Assembly (NCBI GenBank): GCA_963755915.1
Contig: CAVWLP010000003.1
Coordinates: forward strand, 448,001-512,000
Length of the DNA stretch: 64,000 bases
Source: an uncultured Phycisphaerales bacterium
GTDB taxonomy: Bacteria; Planctomycetota; Phycisphaerae; Tepidisphaerales; Tepidisphaeraceae
Direction of reading: 5' to 3'
Each line of letters starts with the position of its first letter. Position 1 is the stretch's first letter. The notes below the pieces were generated by a model, which saw only the letters and a program-made list of their open reading frames with translations, was not told the DNA's origin and did no database searches. Of this stretch, positions 11,329-21,673 are shown in pieces. The translations under genes were made by a program, and so were the position numbers.

Positions 11329-14300
11329 TTACCACGGGGTTACTGACGCTTCAACGGGCGCATCTTCGCGAGATAAGTGCGCTCGGCGAAGCAATGAAAC
11401 AACCCGGCACCGGACATCATTCCAATATTCAGCAGTGCCTCGCCAAGGGGAATTTGTGTCAATCGGCGAAGCCGAAATATCCCGCCAGAGGTTCACGATC
11501 TCGCGTTCCTTTTTGCCGGCCTTGGACCGGCCCGACTTCTTGCCGGTTTTTGGATCAGGCGTTTCGAGATCGCTCGCCTTAACTGGTACGAGGAAGAGAT
11601 CCGATGGAACGATGAAGCTTCCCTTGGTCTTCTCGGCAAGTGGCGTGTAGGTCGCTGACTCGCATGGAATGAACCACCACTTGCCGGAAAAATCGGGGTC
11701 GAGCAGCGCCTTCATGCCGACATTCGCGGCGGCGTTGAGGTCGGCTTGCAACCCCTTCGCAGCAGGCGAGCACGGGTCGGCTGAGACGAAGAGTTCGCCG
11801 CCATTCATGGGGATGCGGATCGCGGGCGCAAGTTTACGTTCGGAATCCGATTTTGAGGACCACTGTTTCTCGATCGTCACAAAAAATCGATCGCGGGCAT
11901 CACCCTTGTCAGCTTTTTCTTGAGCGACCTTGGCTTGTCGCCGCCACCAGGGTTTGGTCATGAAATCAATGACCGGCACATCAGCGCAGCGGATACCCGG
12001 CGCACCTGTGCGTGAATCCTGGCGAGACGTGTATCCGGCCTGGACTTCGCGGAGATGGAGTCCATGAAGTTGACAGGCTTCCGAAAGATACTTTTTGACC
12101 TTCGATGAGGACCATGACATCAATTGCCTGTTCTCGCGGCGCGTTTGAAGTTCATCGGGACGATAGTTGGTGAGGTTCTCGATCACGACCGCATGACAAG
12201 GAGCGTATTTTGCGGTGGGTTCCTCCACCCGCACCCATTTCATAAGCGTCGATCCATCCGCATTCTTTCGTCGCGTCTTGACCTGCTTCCAATGCCCGCC
12301 AAGCCCTAGCGCCGAACCCGCAATCCGGCTCGCAAGTTGCTTAACGCGCTGCTCGCGCATCTGCTCCATCGCATCAAGGATGGATTGCGCAACGCCAGCG
12401 TTTGTTTCACCCTTCTCCGGTGCGCCGCGTGGCTTATCGGGCTTGGCGCGCATCGCGAACGCTTTGTGCAACTGATAGAGCGACTTCATTGTGGCAATGC
12501 GCGTGAGCGACAGGCCGCCGACGTTCTGCTTCCAGCCAACATCTTCCTTATCGACGCCGGGCAAACGCCGACCCATGATCCAGTCGGTGAGCCAGCGAAA
12601 CTGTGCATATAGACCGACAGCCTTTTCCTTCGTGTCATGATTCGCAGGACTTCCATCATCTGCCTGCCAGCGATTGAGCCAAGCTGCGTGGACGACGCTG
12701 CGATTGGCTGCGGCAAGTTGCTCTGCGACTGATTTGAGTTTCTCCAGCAGTACATCATCATCCTTGCGACGCTGCTGGCGGGTGGGTCCTTCGGCAGTCT
12801 CATCGCGAGGCTTAGGGTCTTCGACCCGCCATCCGTTTGTCACCGTGGCGACGTGTTGGTTCCACAGATCACGCGCGGGCTTGTCATTCCACTTAAACTC
12901 ACTTGCAAGCGCGTGCCAATCGAACAGCGCGTCGGTCATTAGCTTGATATGAGCGGTATCGCCAGGTGTGAAGGGTTTCTCACTGCCGCCGATGCCCGAA
13001 ATGGTCTTGGTTTCCAGATCGAGCGCGTAGGCAATTTTTGCCCGGCGGGTGTGGCGTTTCAGGCCGAGTGCGGTGATGCGCACTGCACGGCCCATCAGCT
13101 CGTCCACTTCCCTTCCCTTGTCGCGATCTTCATCAGCCACCAAGCCAAGATCCGCCGCAAGTTTGGCGACCATCGCGACTTCATTGACCTGGCCCTTTTG
13201 GGAAGCCGCCCGCGCCGCTTTGTCCTCGCCAGGCAGCTTGATAAGGAATTGCCGATCGAGCCGGGCCCACGGAGCGGGATGTGGTGTGCCGTCGGATAGT
13301 TCGTCCGCTCCAATCCGGCGATAAATCGTGGTGCGAACCTTTCCGTTTTCGTCTGTATAGCGCGTATGGAGATAAAGATTCTCCGAACCTGCACCACCAG
13401 CGGATACTATCCTTCCGGAGATTTCTTCTGATAAATCGGCTAATGAAAGCGTCTCCCACACAGCACACGCCGCGGCGAAGCGATGGCCGAGGTCCACTGA
13501 AAGAACTCGAAGGTTGGGCAGACGGGATAGGATAAGTTTAGCGTGGCCGGAACGGGCGTCATTCGTTTGATGCTTGAGCGCGTATTCACCGCCGCGAGAT
13601 GCAAACGGTTTGGCCGGAGCGTCTTCAGAAAATTTTGCGATGTAATCTATCCATGGCCCAGCCGGTTGTAGCTTGGCGGAGAAGGAGACGAGCCAACGGA
13701 TGTGGTCGCGCATCTTTTTCGCTTTTGCATCCCACCCATGGTCTTTGATGTGTTTGGCGATCTTATCAAGCTGTGAACGTGGTGCTTGCAGCCGGCCGTT
13801 CCAGTCGGCCTGATTGAAAACGCCCAGAATGCTCACCGGTGACTTTTCATTCGCGCCCACGGCTGCGCGACCCAGGCGGTCGGCGCGGGTCACGTTGATT
13901 GCGGCATCGCCCGTCGATCGGTTTTGTAGCCCCAGATCTTTCGTCAGGCGTTTGCACGACCAGCGCATTGGAATGCTGTTGTCCAACTTCCCCCCATCCC
14001 ACAGCCCCATCGAAAGGGCGTGACGAGAATCCAGCCATGTGACCTGTTCGCGGGCTTCCCGTAAATCAGCCTCCGCTCGCTTAAGCTTTAATTCGGCGTC
14101 GGCCTGTTTCTCAGGTGTTTTGGTTTTGGCGAGCCGTTCCTTCGTTTTCTCCAACTCTGTCGCCCGCCGCGCAATAGTGGCCTTTGCATCAGTCAGTTTC
14201 GACGCGGCATCATGCACGGCGAAATGGATTTCCCACCGCGAATTGCCGAAGTCGCAGAAGACCGGGTGCGACAACGGATCGGGATGACGATACGCCGGCA

Positions 14301-16027
14301 CCTTGAATCGCTTCTGTTTGGCGAGCGCGTCGGTGGCGGTCGCGTAGTCGATCAGCGGCTGGGGCATCGCTTCGCCGTTCATCCGCCAGACAGCAATGGC
14401 ATCATCGGCGGCCAGCGCCTCAAAAAGCTGGATGTCACCAAACTTGTCGATGTCCGGATCGGCCTGCACGTTGCGGGCGACGGCAATGCGATCCTCGACC
14501 GTTTTACAGCTCGAACCACTCCATTTGGCGACCACTTCTTTCCAACCACCCACGGCGCGTCGGCGAATTCGATAGGCATCAATTGCTCCGGTTGCAGTGG
14601 AGCGATCATCGCAAAACCTCGCCAGCCACACGTTGATCTCGGCGGGCACCTTTTCGATCTTCGCCGCATCGATTTTGAACTTCTGCCGTTCGGATTCAGC
14701 GCGTTTGATCCACGAATGTCCGATCGACACTCGCCGGGCGGCGTGGTCGAGCATGACGGCAAACTCGGAATGCCGCGCTGGTCCGCCTTGTTGGAGATAG
14801 GTAAACCCACACGCTGATTCGACTTTTTCGAGAATCTTGTCGGACCACGGCGCCGGCCCTTGCCGCCGGTATTGGACTTGCACTTCTCACAGTCTTCGGT
14901 GGCGACGGTCTTCAGTTTCGTGAGGTCGTCCCCGGAAATCAGATCGACTCTGGATTCCCAAGCCTTGATAATGTTCCGCGTCGCACTCTTGTAGCCTGGT
15001 CCGCTGATCAGGCTGAGAATGCCGACGGCATCACTTGACTCAGGAGAAAATGCGACGAGCGACTCTGCCAGCGAATGGAGTGCTTCCGACCCTAATGCAA
15101 ACGCGGTTGCGTTGGCCGCCCATGAAGCCATCGCGTCGTAGGCTTTTGCCATTTCTGAAAAATCTGCCCCCTTGCCTGTGCCGAATCGGCTGCTAAGCCA
15201 TTGGCCGGCCTTCTGCACGAGGTCTTTGGCTTTGTCATCTTCCGCCGGTGGGTCGTCTTCGGAGTTATCAGGTGGATTGATCGGCGCAAGATAAGATTCC
15301 CGGGCGCCAAAGAACGGTTCGAGCAAGTCCCACACCTCTTCGCGCGTCAGCGATGGCCCCACTTGTTCCTGGGCGGCAGCAAACATGGCACTTCGGTTGA
15401 TCCACACGGCATCGTCACGAATCGCTGCCGAAAGGGATGGTTCACAATCGGCGATCCAGCTTCCAAAATCGGCTCCGGTTACGCCGCGATCGGCAAGAAT
15501 CTTCCGAAGCGCCCCGATCACTTTTTCATCCCTCTCGGATTGCGTTTTTTCGCCGCTAGCCACGACGAACTTCTCGTGCGAATCGTGTTGCTTTGGCGAC
15601 GATTCCACGCTTAGCCACGACAGGGACAGCAAAATGCGGCGATCGCGGATGCGAGCGCTCCGCCGGCGTTCAATCTCCGCGATGGCATCCCGCTCGGTGG
15701 GATCGGTGTCCTCCCTTTTTTTTCCCTTGATTAAATCTTTCAACGTGTTCGCGGTGAGTTTTTTCCCTTCGACCGACTGGGAATCAAAGCACGGTTCATC
15801 GGCCAACGAATGATCCATCCCGCCGCGCAGAGTTAGCAGCCAATCGCCGAAAACTTTGGCTCCATTGTTAACGGCCTCATGCGTTGCCCAGACGGCTGCG
15901 CGCAACCGTGATCCGTTTTGTCAACGCCGCGAAGTCGAAGCGTGTACGCCCGCTGCGTTTGAAATAACGCTGGAATAGGGCGATCCACGGTGTTTGAGTT
16001 TAGCTGTTTGGCTGCGGACTGCGGCAT
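11329..16027 (-). CDS. cas12b: Type V-B effector Cas12b, ~1,560 aa (frameshifts near 15905 and 14850)
   Basis: N-terminus QRAYTLRL...AVWATHEAVN; RuvC-I LRVLSVDLG, RuvC-II VVIENL...ENRQLMSWS, YTSRQDSRTGAPGIRC and RuvC-III QADLNAAAN. Adjacent to array, tracrRNA and cas4-cas1. Confidence 0.9.
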
Positions 16028-16130
16028 TTGTAGTCATCTCCCGTATTACTTGACCAACGCAATTATCAGGGCCAGAATTGCGAGATTCGGGTACTGTCTC
16101 CATTCGAGTTTTTCCGTACCTTGTATCAGC

Positions 16131-16273
16131 CCAGAAGAGCGGGGGGACCGCAGAACGGCGCGAGAGCTTCTAGAATCTCGCTTCCCTGGCGGCCGCCAGG
16201 CTCATCCTCCGCTCTTCTGGCCCGATAGTTTGGCCCTCATGCCAAAATCAGAAATAGTCGCCCAACTTATCGG
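16131..16273. ncRNA. Candidate structured RNA upstream of cas12b
   Basis: 12-bp stem 16131-16142/16209-16220 closing three hairpins, plus a CCGATA/TATCGG stem containing a TTTGGC/GCCAAA hairpin. Confidence 0.45.
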
Positions 16274-16291
16274 TCGCGCGGGCTACGGCGA

Positions 16292-16342
16292 ATTTGAATC
16301 GCTTGGGCTATGTTTGTCAAATAGGGCAACCCGACATAAACT
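16292..16342. promoter_or_regulatory. Overlapping divergent sigma70-type promoters
   Basis: + strand: TTGTCA (16314-19), N17, TAAACT (16337-42), ending 6 nt before the sgRNA-like element. - strand: TTGACA (16320-15), N17, TCAAAT (weaker -10). Confidence 0.6.
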
Positions 16343-16348
16343 TGATTG

Positions 16349-16467
16349 GCCGCTATAGGCGGTCACAATATCGCTGAACGTGTCGTCCCCTTCAATGGGA
16401 TATGCACAGCGGCGCGAGAGATTAAATCGCGTGACACATGTCGGGTTCGGCTGCCCAACTGCCGAAC
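16349..16467 (+). ncRNA. Natural single-guide-like RNA (tracr paralog + repeat 3' end + guide)
   Basis: Shares GCCGCTATAGGCGG, ACGTGTC and CCCCTT(C/T)AATGGG with the tracrRNA; continues with a GCGCGA/TCGCGT hairpin, GACAC, guide ATGTCGGGTT and a 3' hairpin GTTCGGC/GCCGAAC. Confidence 0.75.
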
Positions 16468-16641
16468 TATTAGATGACAACCATCCCGCTTTCCGCGTCA
16501 GGCAGACTCTCGCCCAACATGTCACGGGGTGCGCCAAAACCAGCCAGGGCGGGGCGCTTCAAAACCGGCCAATGTGCTGACGTATTCTATACCGCATCCG
16601 TTCTATCCGACGCAACTGTTCCTTGAGTTATTGGTCCCCGT

Positions 16642-17532
16642 TCACGCCGTCTGGCCGGCGGATACCCCCACATCAGAAGACAACGGCGGCTCTGTCACGG
16701 TGTCTTCCGGGGGGGAGCACCCTTCATCGCCGGCGGTACTCCGCCGTCCTTTTGGATTTGTCTTTTCCGGTGTCCCGGATTGGCCTGCCGTGAGCGAAGT
16801 CGAATGGCCCCCATGCCGAAGGCGGTAGCTCTTGCCGGTGATGTTGATGATCGTGGCGTGCTGCAGGAACCGATCCAGAATGGCCGTGGCCGCCGGCACG
16901 TCGCCGATCAGCTTGGCCCAGTCCTCCAGTGGACGGTTGCTGGTCATCATCGTCGAGCGGTTCTCGTGCCGGCGCATGACGATCTCCAGCAGGCATTCGC
17001 CGCTGCGCCGCGGAAGCTGCTTCATTCCCATGTCGTCGATGATAAGCAGATCAGGCTTGAGATACCGGGCCAGCGTCTTGTCCTGGGCTCCCAGATCCTC
17101 GTCGCCTAAAAAGTCGCGGGCCAGGTCGAAGATGGATCGGTACAGGACCACCAAGCCGCTCTTGATCGCCTGGTGTCCGATGGCCTGGGCCAAAAACGAT
17201 TTGCCCACGCCGGGCGGACCCAGCAAGAGCACGTCACGTTTGTCACGAATGAACTGGCCGGCGGCCAGATCGTGAATCTGTTTGCGTTTGATGGAGGTGT
17301 TGAAGGAGAAGTCGAACTCGTCGAGGTTTTTGGTGTCGCGGAACATCGCCGCCTTGACGCGCCGGCCGATCTGCCGGCTGGATCGGACGTTCAGTTCATC
17401 CTGAAGGATCAGTTCCAAAAACTCACTGTGGTCGAGCCGATTGCCGGCCGCCTCGCTCAGGCGAACTTCAAGGCTGCTCGCCAGACCTGAAAGCCGAAGT
17501 TGCTTGAGCGTCTGCATCAACGAAGGTCTCAT
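16642..17532 (-). CDS. istB: IS21 helper ATPase IstB
   Basis: Same protein as copy 1 except one H/R difference. Confidence 0.95.
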   Translation of the reverse strand: MRPSLMQTLKQLRLSGLASSLEVRLSEAAGNRLDHSEFLELILQDELNVRSSRQIGRRVKAAMFRDTKNLDEFDFSFNTSIKRKQIHDLAAGQFIRDKRDVLLLGPPGVGKSFLAQAIGHQAIKSGLVVLYRSIFDLARDFLGDEDLGAQDKTLARYLKPDLLIIDDMGMKQLPRRSGECLLEIVMRRHENRSTMMTSNRPLEDWAKLIGDVPAATAILDRFLQHATIINITGKSYRLRHGGHSTSLTAGQSGTPEKTNPKGRRSTAGDEGCSPPEDTVTEPPLSSDVGVSAGQTA

Positions 17533-19330
17533 GGGGTGGACTCCCTTCGGCTCTGCTCAGGGCAGGCCTGTAAAGGTTGTGCGGCAGGCAAAGCCTCCGC
17601 TTGGGTGATTGCGTCGCGTACGAACTGTCCGTAATCGGCCAGTCCGCGGATGATTGGATGTTCCTGAACAAACTCGAAGTGTTGTTGAACCGGCGCGCCG
17701 TTTTGGTGTTCGATGAGCTGCCGCAGGGAGCGCAGGTGATACGCGCCATGCCCCAGAGCAATCTCGCAGGCTCGTTCCACGGCCGGTCGCGGCTGCTGAT
17801 TGGCCAGCGACAGCAGCCCCATCAACACGCGCACGCCTTCGATGCCGCGATGCTGAAGCATTGACTGCGCCACTGCGTGGCGTGCGGCCCGATGCATTCG
17901 ATCCGCTGGAGAAGCCAGGTCGTTCCACGCTCGATGCCGCTGATCTTCTCCGGCAGGATATGGGCGTCTTGCGTCGAGAACCTGCCCGGCGGACGCTGCG
18001 CGTGCAGAGCGATCGCACGCATCTTCTGATCGAACAGCCGGACCGTGTGCCCGTCCCACCGCGCCCAGACCCGCTGGCCCAAAAACTCCGGCGGGACCGA
18101 ATAGTACGCCCCCTTGATCTCCACGTGCCCGTCGCGGTGAACACTGCGCAACGCCTCGGTGAAAAGATCGAATCGCACCGGCGGCAGAGCCAACAGTGCC
18201 GGCTTCTCTACCTGCTCGAAGACTTCCTTCACCTGCCGCCGCGTCGTGCCGTGGATGCGCGTGTCGGCCACGCTCTTCTCCCACGTCAGCAGATGCGCGT
18301 TCTGATCCGAGAGCGAGGCGAATTGCCGGCCTTTGAGAGCATTGCTCTTCACATAGCCGATGCCCCGCTCGATCTTCCCCTTGTGCCGCGGCGTGTACGG
18401 CTTGGTGGGCAGAATGGCGATTCCATAATGTTCGGCGAACGACCGGACCTTGGGACACAACTCCGCCTCGAACCAGTCCGCCCGCGTCACCGCCGCGCGA
18501 AGATTGTCGATCACCAGCGCTGACGGCATCCCGCCGAAGTGCGTAAAGGCATTTTCCAGACAACGCAGAAAATCATCGGTCGTCTGCCGCTCCACCGCCT
18601 CGGCGTACCCCTTGCGGCTGTGGCTCAGCACAATGCGGAAGACCCAGGTTGCTTTGCGTTTGCCGTCAGGACCGACCAGGGCGCACCCCGGCCGAAGTCC
18701 ACCTGCGCCTCGGCTCCCGGCTCGCATTCCATCCGGCGAAAGGGCGCCGGCGCGGCAGCCGAGAGCTTCTTGATGAACCGGCGCACGCTGTAATAGCTGC
18801 CGGCATAGCCGTGATCGCTGGAGATGTCTTGATAAATCCGCTGGGCCGTCAGCCCGGCTTCCAACTTCTGAACAATGACCTCACGCCAGGGCGATGCCGT
18901 ACTGACCGACCCGATCGGCGCGCCGGATAACCCGGTGGGCGCGCTCTCCGAGCCGCCTGCGGCGAGCACCGTCGAGCCGCCTGCGGCGAGCACCGTCGAG
19001 CCGCCTGCGGCGAGCACCGTCGAGCCGCCTGCGGCGAGCACCGTCGAGCCGCCTGCGGCGAGCACCGTCGAGCCGCCTGCGGCGAGCACCGTCGAGCCGC
19101 CTGCGGCGAGCACCGTCGAGCCGCCTGCGGCGAGCACCGTCGAGCCGAGGGGCGCGCTGGCCGGTTTTGAATCCGATCCGGGCGCCGCAGGATCGCCGCC
19201 CGACAACCGGATGTGGCGTCCAACGGTCTCCCGGTGAACGCCGAGTTGGCGGGCGATGTTCCGATTGGACCAGCCGCTGCGCAAGTGCCAAAATTGCTTG
19301 TACTTCCGCCATCTTGAGTTGATTGGCCAT
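17529..19330 (-). CDS. istA: IS21 transposase IstA (frameshifted in the sequence)
   Basis: Same motifs as copy 1. Confidence 0.9.
18950..19147. repeat. 24-bp tandem repeat (8 units) inside istA
   Basis: Same unit as 2727-2852, with three more copies. Confidence 0.95.
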
Positions 19331-19698
19331 CCCACCATTGGCTTGCGGCAACCGCCGAAAGCCAAGGTCGATAACCCAATCTCCTGTGCCTCAAAATGGC
19401 CGGTTTTGGCGCACCCTCAATTGGCCGGTTTTGCGCCCCCATGACACCCAACACGGTTGCCGCCTCTCTTGCGGCCTCCTCGTTGCTGCCAAGGTCCACG
19501 ATAAGGAGCTGGTCTTCCTTGAGATTGAGCACTTCGCGCGCCGCGTTTTCCAGCCGCACACGGTCGATGGCCTTGAGTGTGCAGTAGAACACGGAATACT
19601 GCCACGGTTCGCCGTATGCCTTCATGACTTTGTGGATTCGACGAAGGCGCTTGTCATTGCGAACGTCATAACAGACCAGATAGCACCGGCGCATGGTT

Positions 19699-21504
19699 TT
19701 ACCTCGTGGTCAGAAAAGCCAGCGTCGGCACCTCGCCAAGAAGCCACGCGGCCACAAGACGGGCATGCAGCATGAGCATGCGGCGATAACTTAGCCGGTA
19801 CTCGAATGCCGGGTGCTTCACTTCCGTGTCCATTCGTCGGCCATAGGCAGCGAAGAATCCTTTTCGTCCTGCGTCGGTTAGAGCGCAGCCGGAGGCGGTA
19901 TTAAGAAAATGCCCCTCGGTCAGTTCCCCGCGGTTGAATGCCGAGACGGCGATCGAATCGGCGATGAGCGGTCGGAATGGTTCCATTAGGTCCAGGGCGA
20001 GTGCGGGACGGCCCGGTCGCGTGGCGTGCAGTGCTCCGAGTGTCGGCTCCAGGCTTGCCAACCGACACGCGACCACGCATTCATTGGCCAGCATCGAATA
20101 GGCAAAGGAAAGAACCGCGTTGACTGGATCGGGTGGTGGACGGCGTTGTCGGCCATTGCTGTCGAATCGAGCAGCGATCTCGGCGACGCCTTTCTTAAAC
20201 ATGCCAGCAAAATGGGCAAAGTAGATCGCGGCGGCATTGCCTTCATGCCCACGCAGTTCGTCCAATGTGGTTGATCGCTCGGCACCAGCAACGCAGGTTT
20301 GAAGATCAGGCCCGACCCGCGATGGCAGCGCCGAATGATTTCGCATCAGCAGCGTGCGTTGATTAGCGATCTTGGCGACCGTCACTGCACGAGCCAATTC
20401 AAGCGTTTTTTCGGGTCGATCCAGAATGCGGATTTGGGCACCGCGTACGGCGGCGCTGACTGGCCCCAACGGGTCCATCATTGCCACCAGCCGACCTGCG
20501 GCGGTCAGAAAAGCAACCGGCACTTCGTGATCGGCGAAAACGGTTAGTGCTTGGGTCGATATCTGAACAGCGCCCAAAACTGCCAGCGATTCCATGTTGG
20601 CAAGCGGTAGGTCTCGGACCAGTTCACCATCTTTGTCGATGACCCTCACGGACTGGCCACGAACGCCAACGCGGATGCCCTCGCGCATAAGCACAACATG
20701 GATACCGTCGTCGCGCGGCGGCCAGAGTTTTCGCGGTGTAAGTTGCTCATCAACGGACTGACCGTTGACGGTGAGCGCCGTGAGCCGCTGGTGATTGATC
20801 TCGTCCGGCAAACAGATCGGCTGGAGCGAACATCGCGGGCAACGCGGATCATTGACCAGTGGCGGCGGACGCGGTCCTTGTGCGTCCCGCTTAGCCGCTT
20901 CTAATTCAGCCAGTGCGTTGCGTTTCAATGCCTCATCAACCACCACGCGAAGTTTGAGTTTCTCTGCGGCATAATAGAGATACGCTTCGGTGACCGTGTA
21001 TCCGGCCTCTTCAAGCAGAATCGCTTGCAAGCCGATTTGTACCCGGTCAGTCGGCCAAGGTTCTGGCCCTGGTAGCAACCGAGGTTCCTCCATCATCTCA
21101 TCAGTCGGTTCAGCGATCTCACCGTAGCGCTTCGGTTTTCCCTTGCGATACTCAACTGGAATCGCCGTCGTGCCCTGGATTTCGGCCAAGTCGAGCGTCG
21201 CCGTCAGGCCGAGCCGATCACTCGTGAGCACGAGGCTGCGTACCGATTTAGGTCGCTCTGGATCAGCCTCGGCAGTGGCTTCTTCTAATTTCTCAATGGA
21301 CTTTTGCCCCTTTTTGCCATTCTTGCCGTTTGATTCCAATGCCGGCGGAGCCTCGCTCGGACGATCTACACGGCGGTGGGTGCCCGCGCCCTGTTCCGTG
21401 TCGGCGCTGGGCAGAAAGACTCCCTCGACTGTCATGTAATAGAACAGGCGCGGACAATAAGCGTGTTCCGCGACGCCGCGGGATGGCCAGTGAACGGATT
21501 CCAT
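19699..21504 (-). CDS. cas4/cas1: Cas4-Cas1 fusion
   Basis: Cas4: YCPR, DLAE, PVEYRKG, CPRCSLQPIC. Cas1: LRGHEGNAA, RRPPPDPVNAVLSFAY, GALH, LALDLMEPFRP. Confidence 0.95.
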   Translation of the reverse strand: MESVHWPSRGVAEHAYCPRLFYYMTVEGVFLPSADTEQGAGTHRRVDRPSEAPPALESNGKNGKKGQKSIEKLEEATAEADPERPKSVRSLVLTSDRLGLTATLDLAEIQGTTAIPVEYRKGKPKRYGEIAEPTDEMMEEPRLLPGPEPWPTDRVQIGLQAILLEEAGYTVTEAYLYYAAEKLKLRVVVDEALKRNALAELEAAKRDAQGPRPPPLVNDPRCPRCSLQPICLPDEINHQRLTALTVNGQSVDEQLTPRKLWPPRDDGIHVVLMREGIRVGVRGQSVRVIDKDGELVRDLPLANMESLAVLGAVQISTQALTVFADHEVPVAFLTAAGRLVAMMDPLGPVSAAVRGAQIRILDRPEKTLELARAVTVAKIANQRTLLMRNHSALPSRVGPDLQTCVAGAERSTTLDELRGHEGNAAAIYFAHFAGMFKKGVAEIAARFDSNGRQRRPPPDPVNAVLSFAYSMLANECVVACRLASLEPTLGALHATRPGRPALALDLMEPFRPLIADSIAVSAFNRGELTEGHFLNTASGCALTDAGRKGFFAAYGRRMDTEVKHPAFEYRLSYRRMLMLHARLVAAWLLGEVPTLAFLTTR

Positions 21505-21673
21505 TATTCATCTAATCGGCGGTATTGAGAGCCTGCTTATTGACGCGCGAGCAGCAAAGACAGCGGAATTTCGCCATTCCAAGATTTTCTCGGACGTTGG
21601 GGTAGGTTGGTAATGTAATCGGCGGCTCCTTGAGCAACGACCCCATGTGTGGTGATACTGGCGAACGAAAGGC

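Larger units (their letters stand above)
16520..19446 (-). mobile_element. IS21-family insertion sequence, copy 2
   Basis: Near-identical to 297-3152; 7-bp target duplication CCCAACA (16513-19 and 19447-53). Confidence 0.95.
16470..19694 (-). pseudogene. cas2: cas2 interrupted by IS21 (19694-19447 joined to 16512-16470; 96 aa if rejoined)
   Basis: MRRCYLVCYDV...GEPWQYSVF...AATVLG; removing the IS and one target copy restores ESLPDAESGMVVI*. Confidence 0.9.

Noticed and set aside
14379-15905. Naturally split Cas12b
   Set aside because: The ORFs join by single-base shifts at GCGC sites, as in many other genes here.
18950-19147. 24-bp repeats as a mini-CRISPR
   Set aside because: Head-to-tail units without spacers, in frame within istA.
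11329-19446. CRISPR-associated transposon (Cas12 next to a transposase and AAA+ ATPase)
   Set aside because: IstA/IstB belong to a self-contained IS21 with its own ends and duplication inside cas2, with a twin copy elsewhere. There is no TniQ, and the RuvC residues are intact.
18849-19694. Novel 281-aa Cas2 fusion protein
   Set aside because: The extension is read-through into the IS end.
19699-21504. Type I-G system suggested by the cas4-cas1 fusion
   Set aside because: No cas3, cas7 or cas5 is present, and the fusion is also standard in type V-B.
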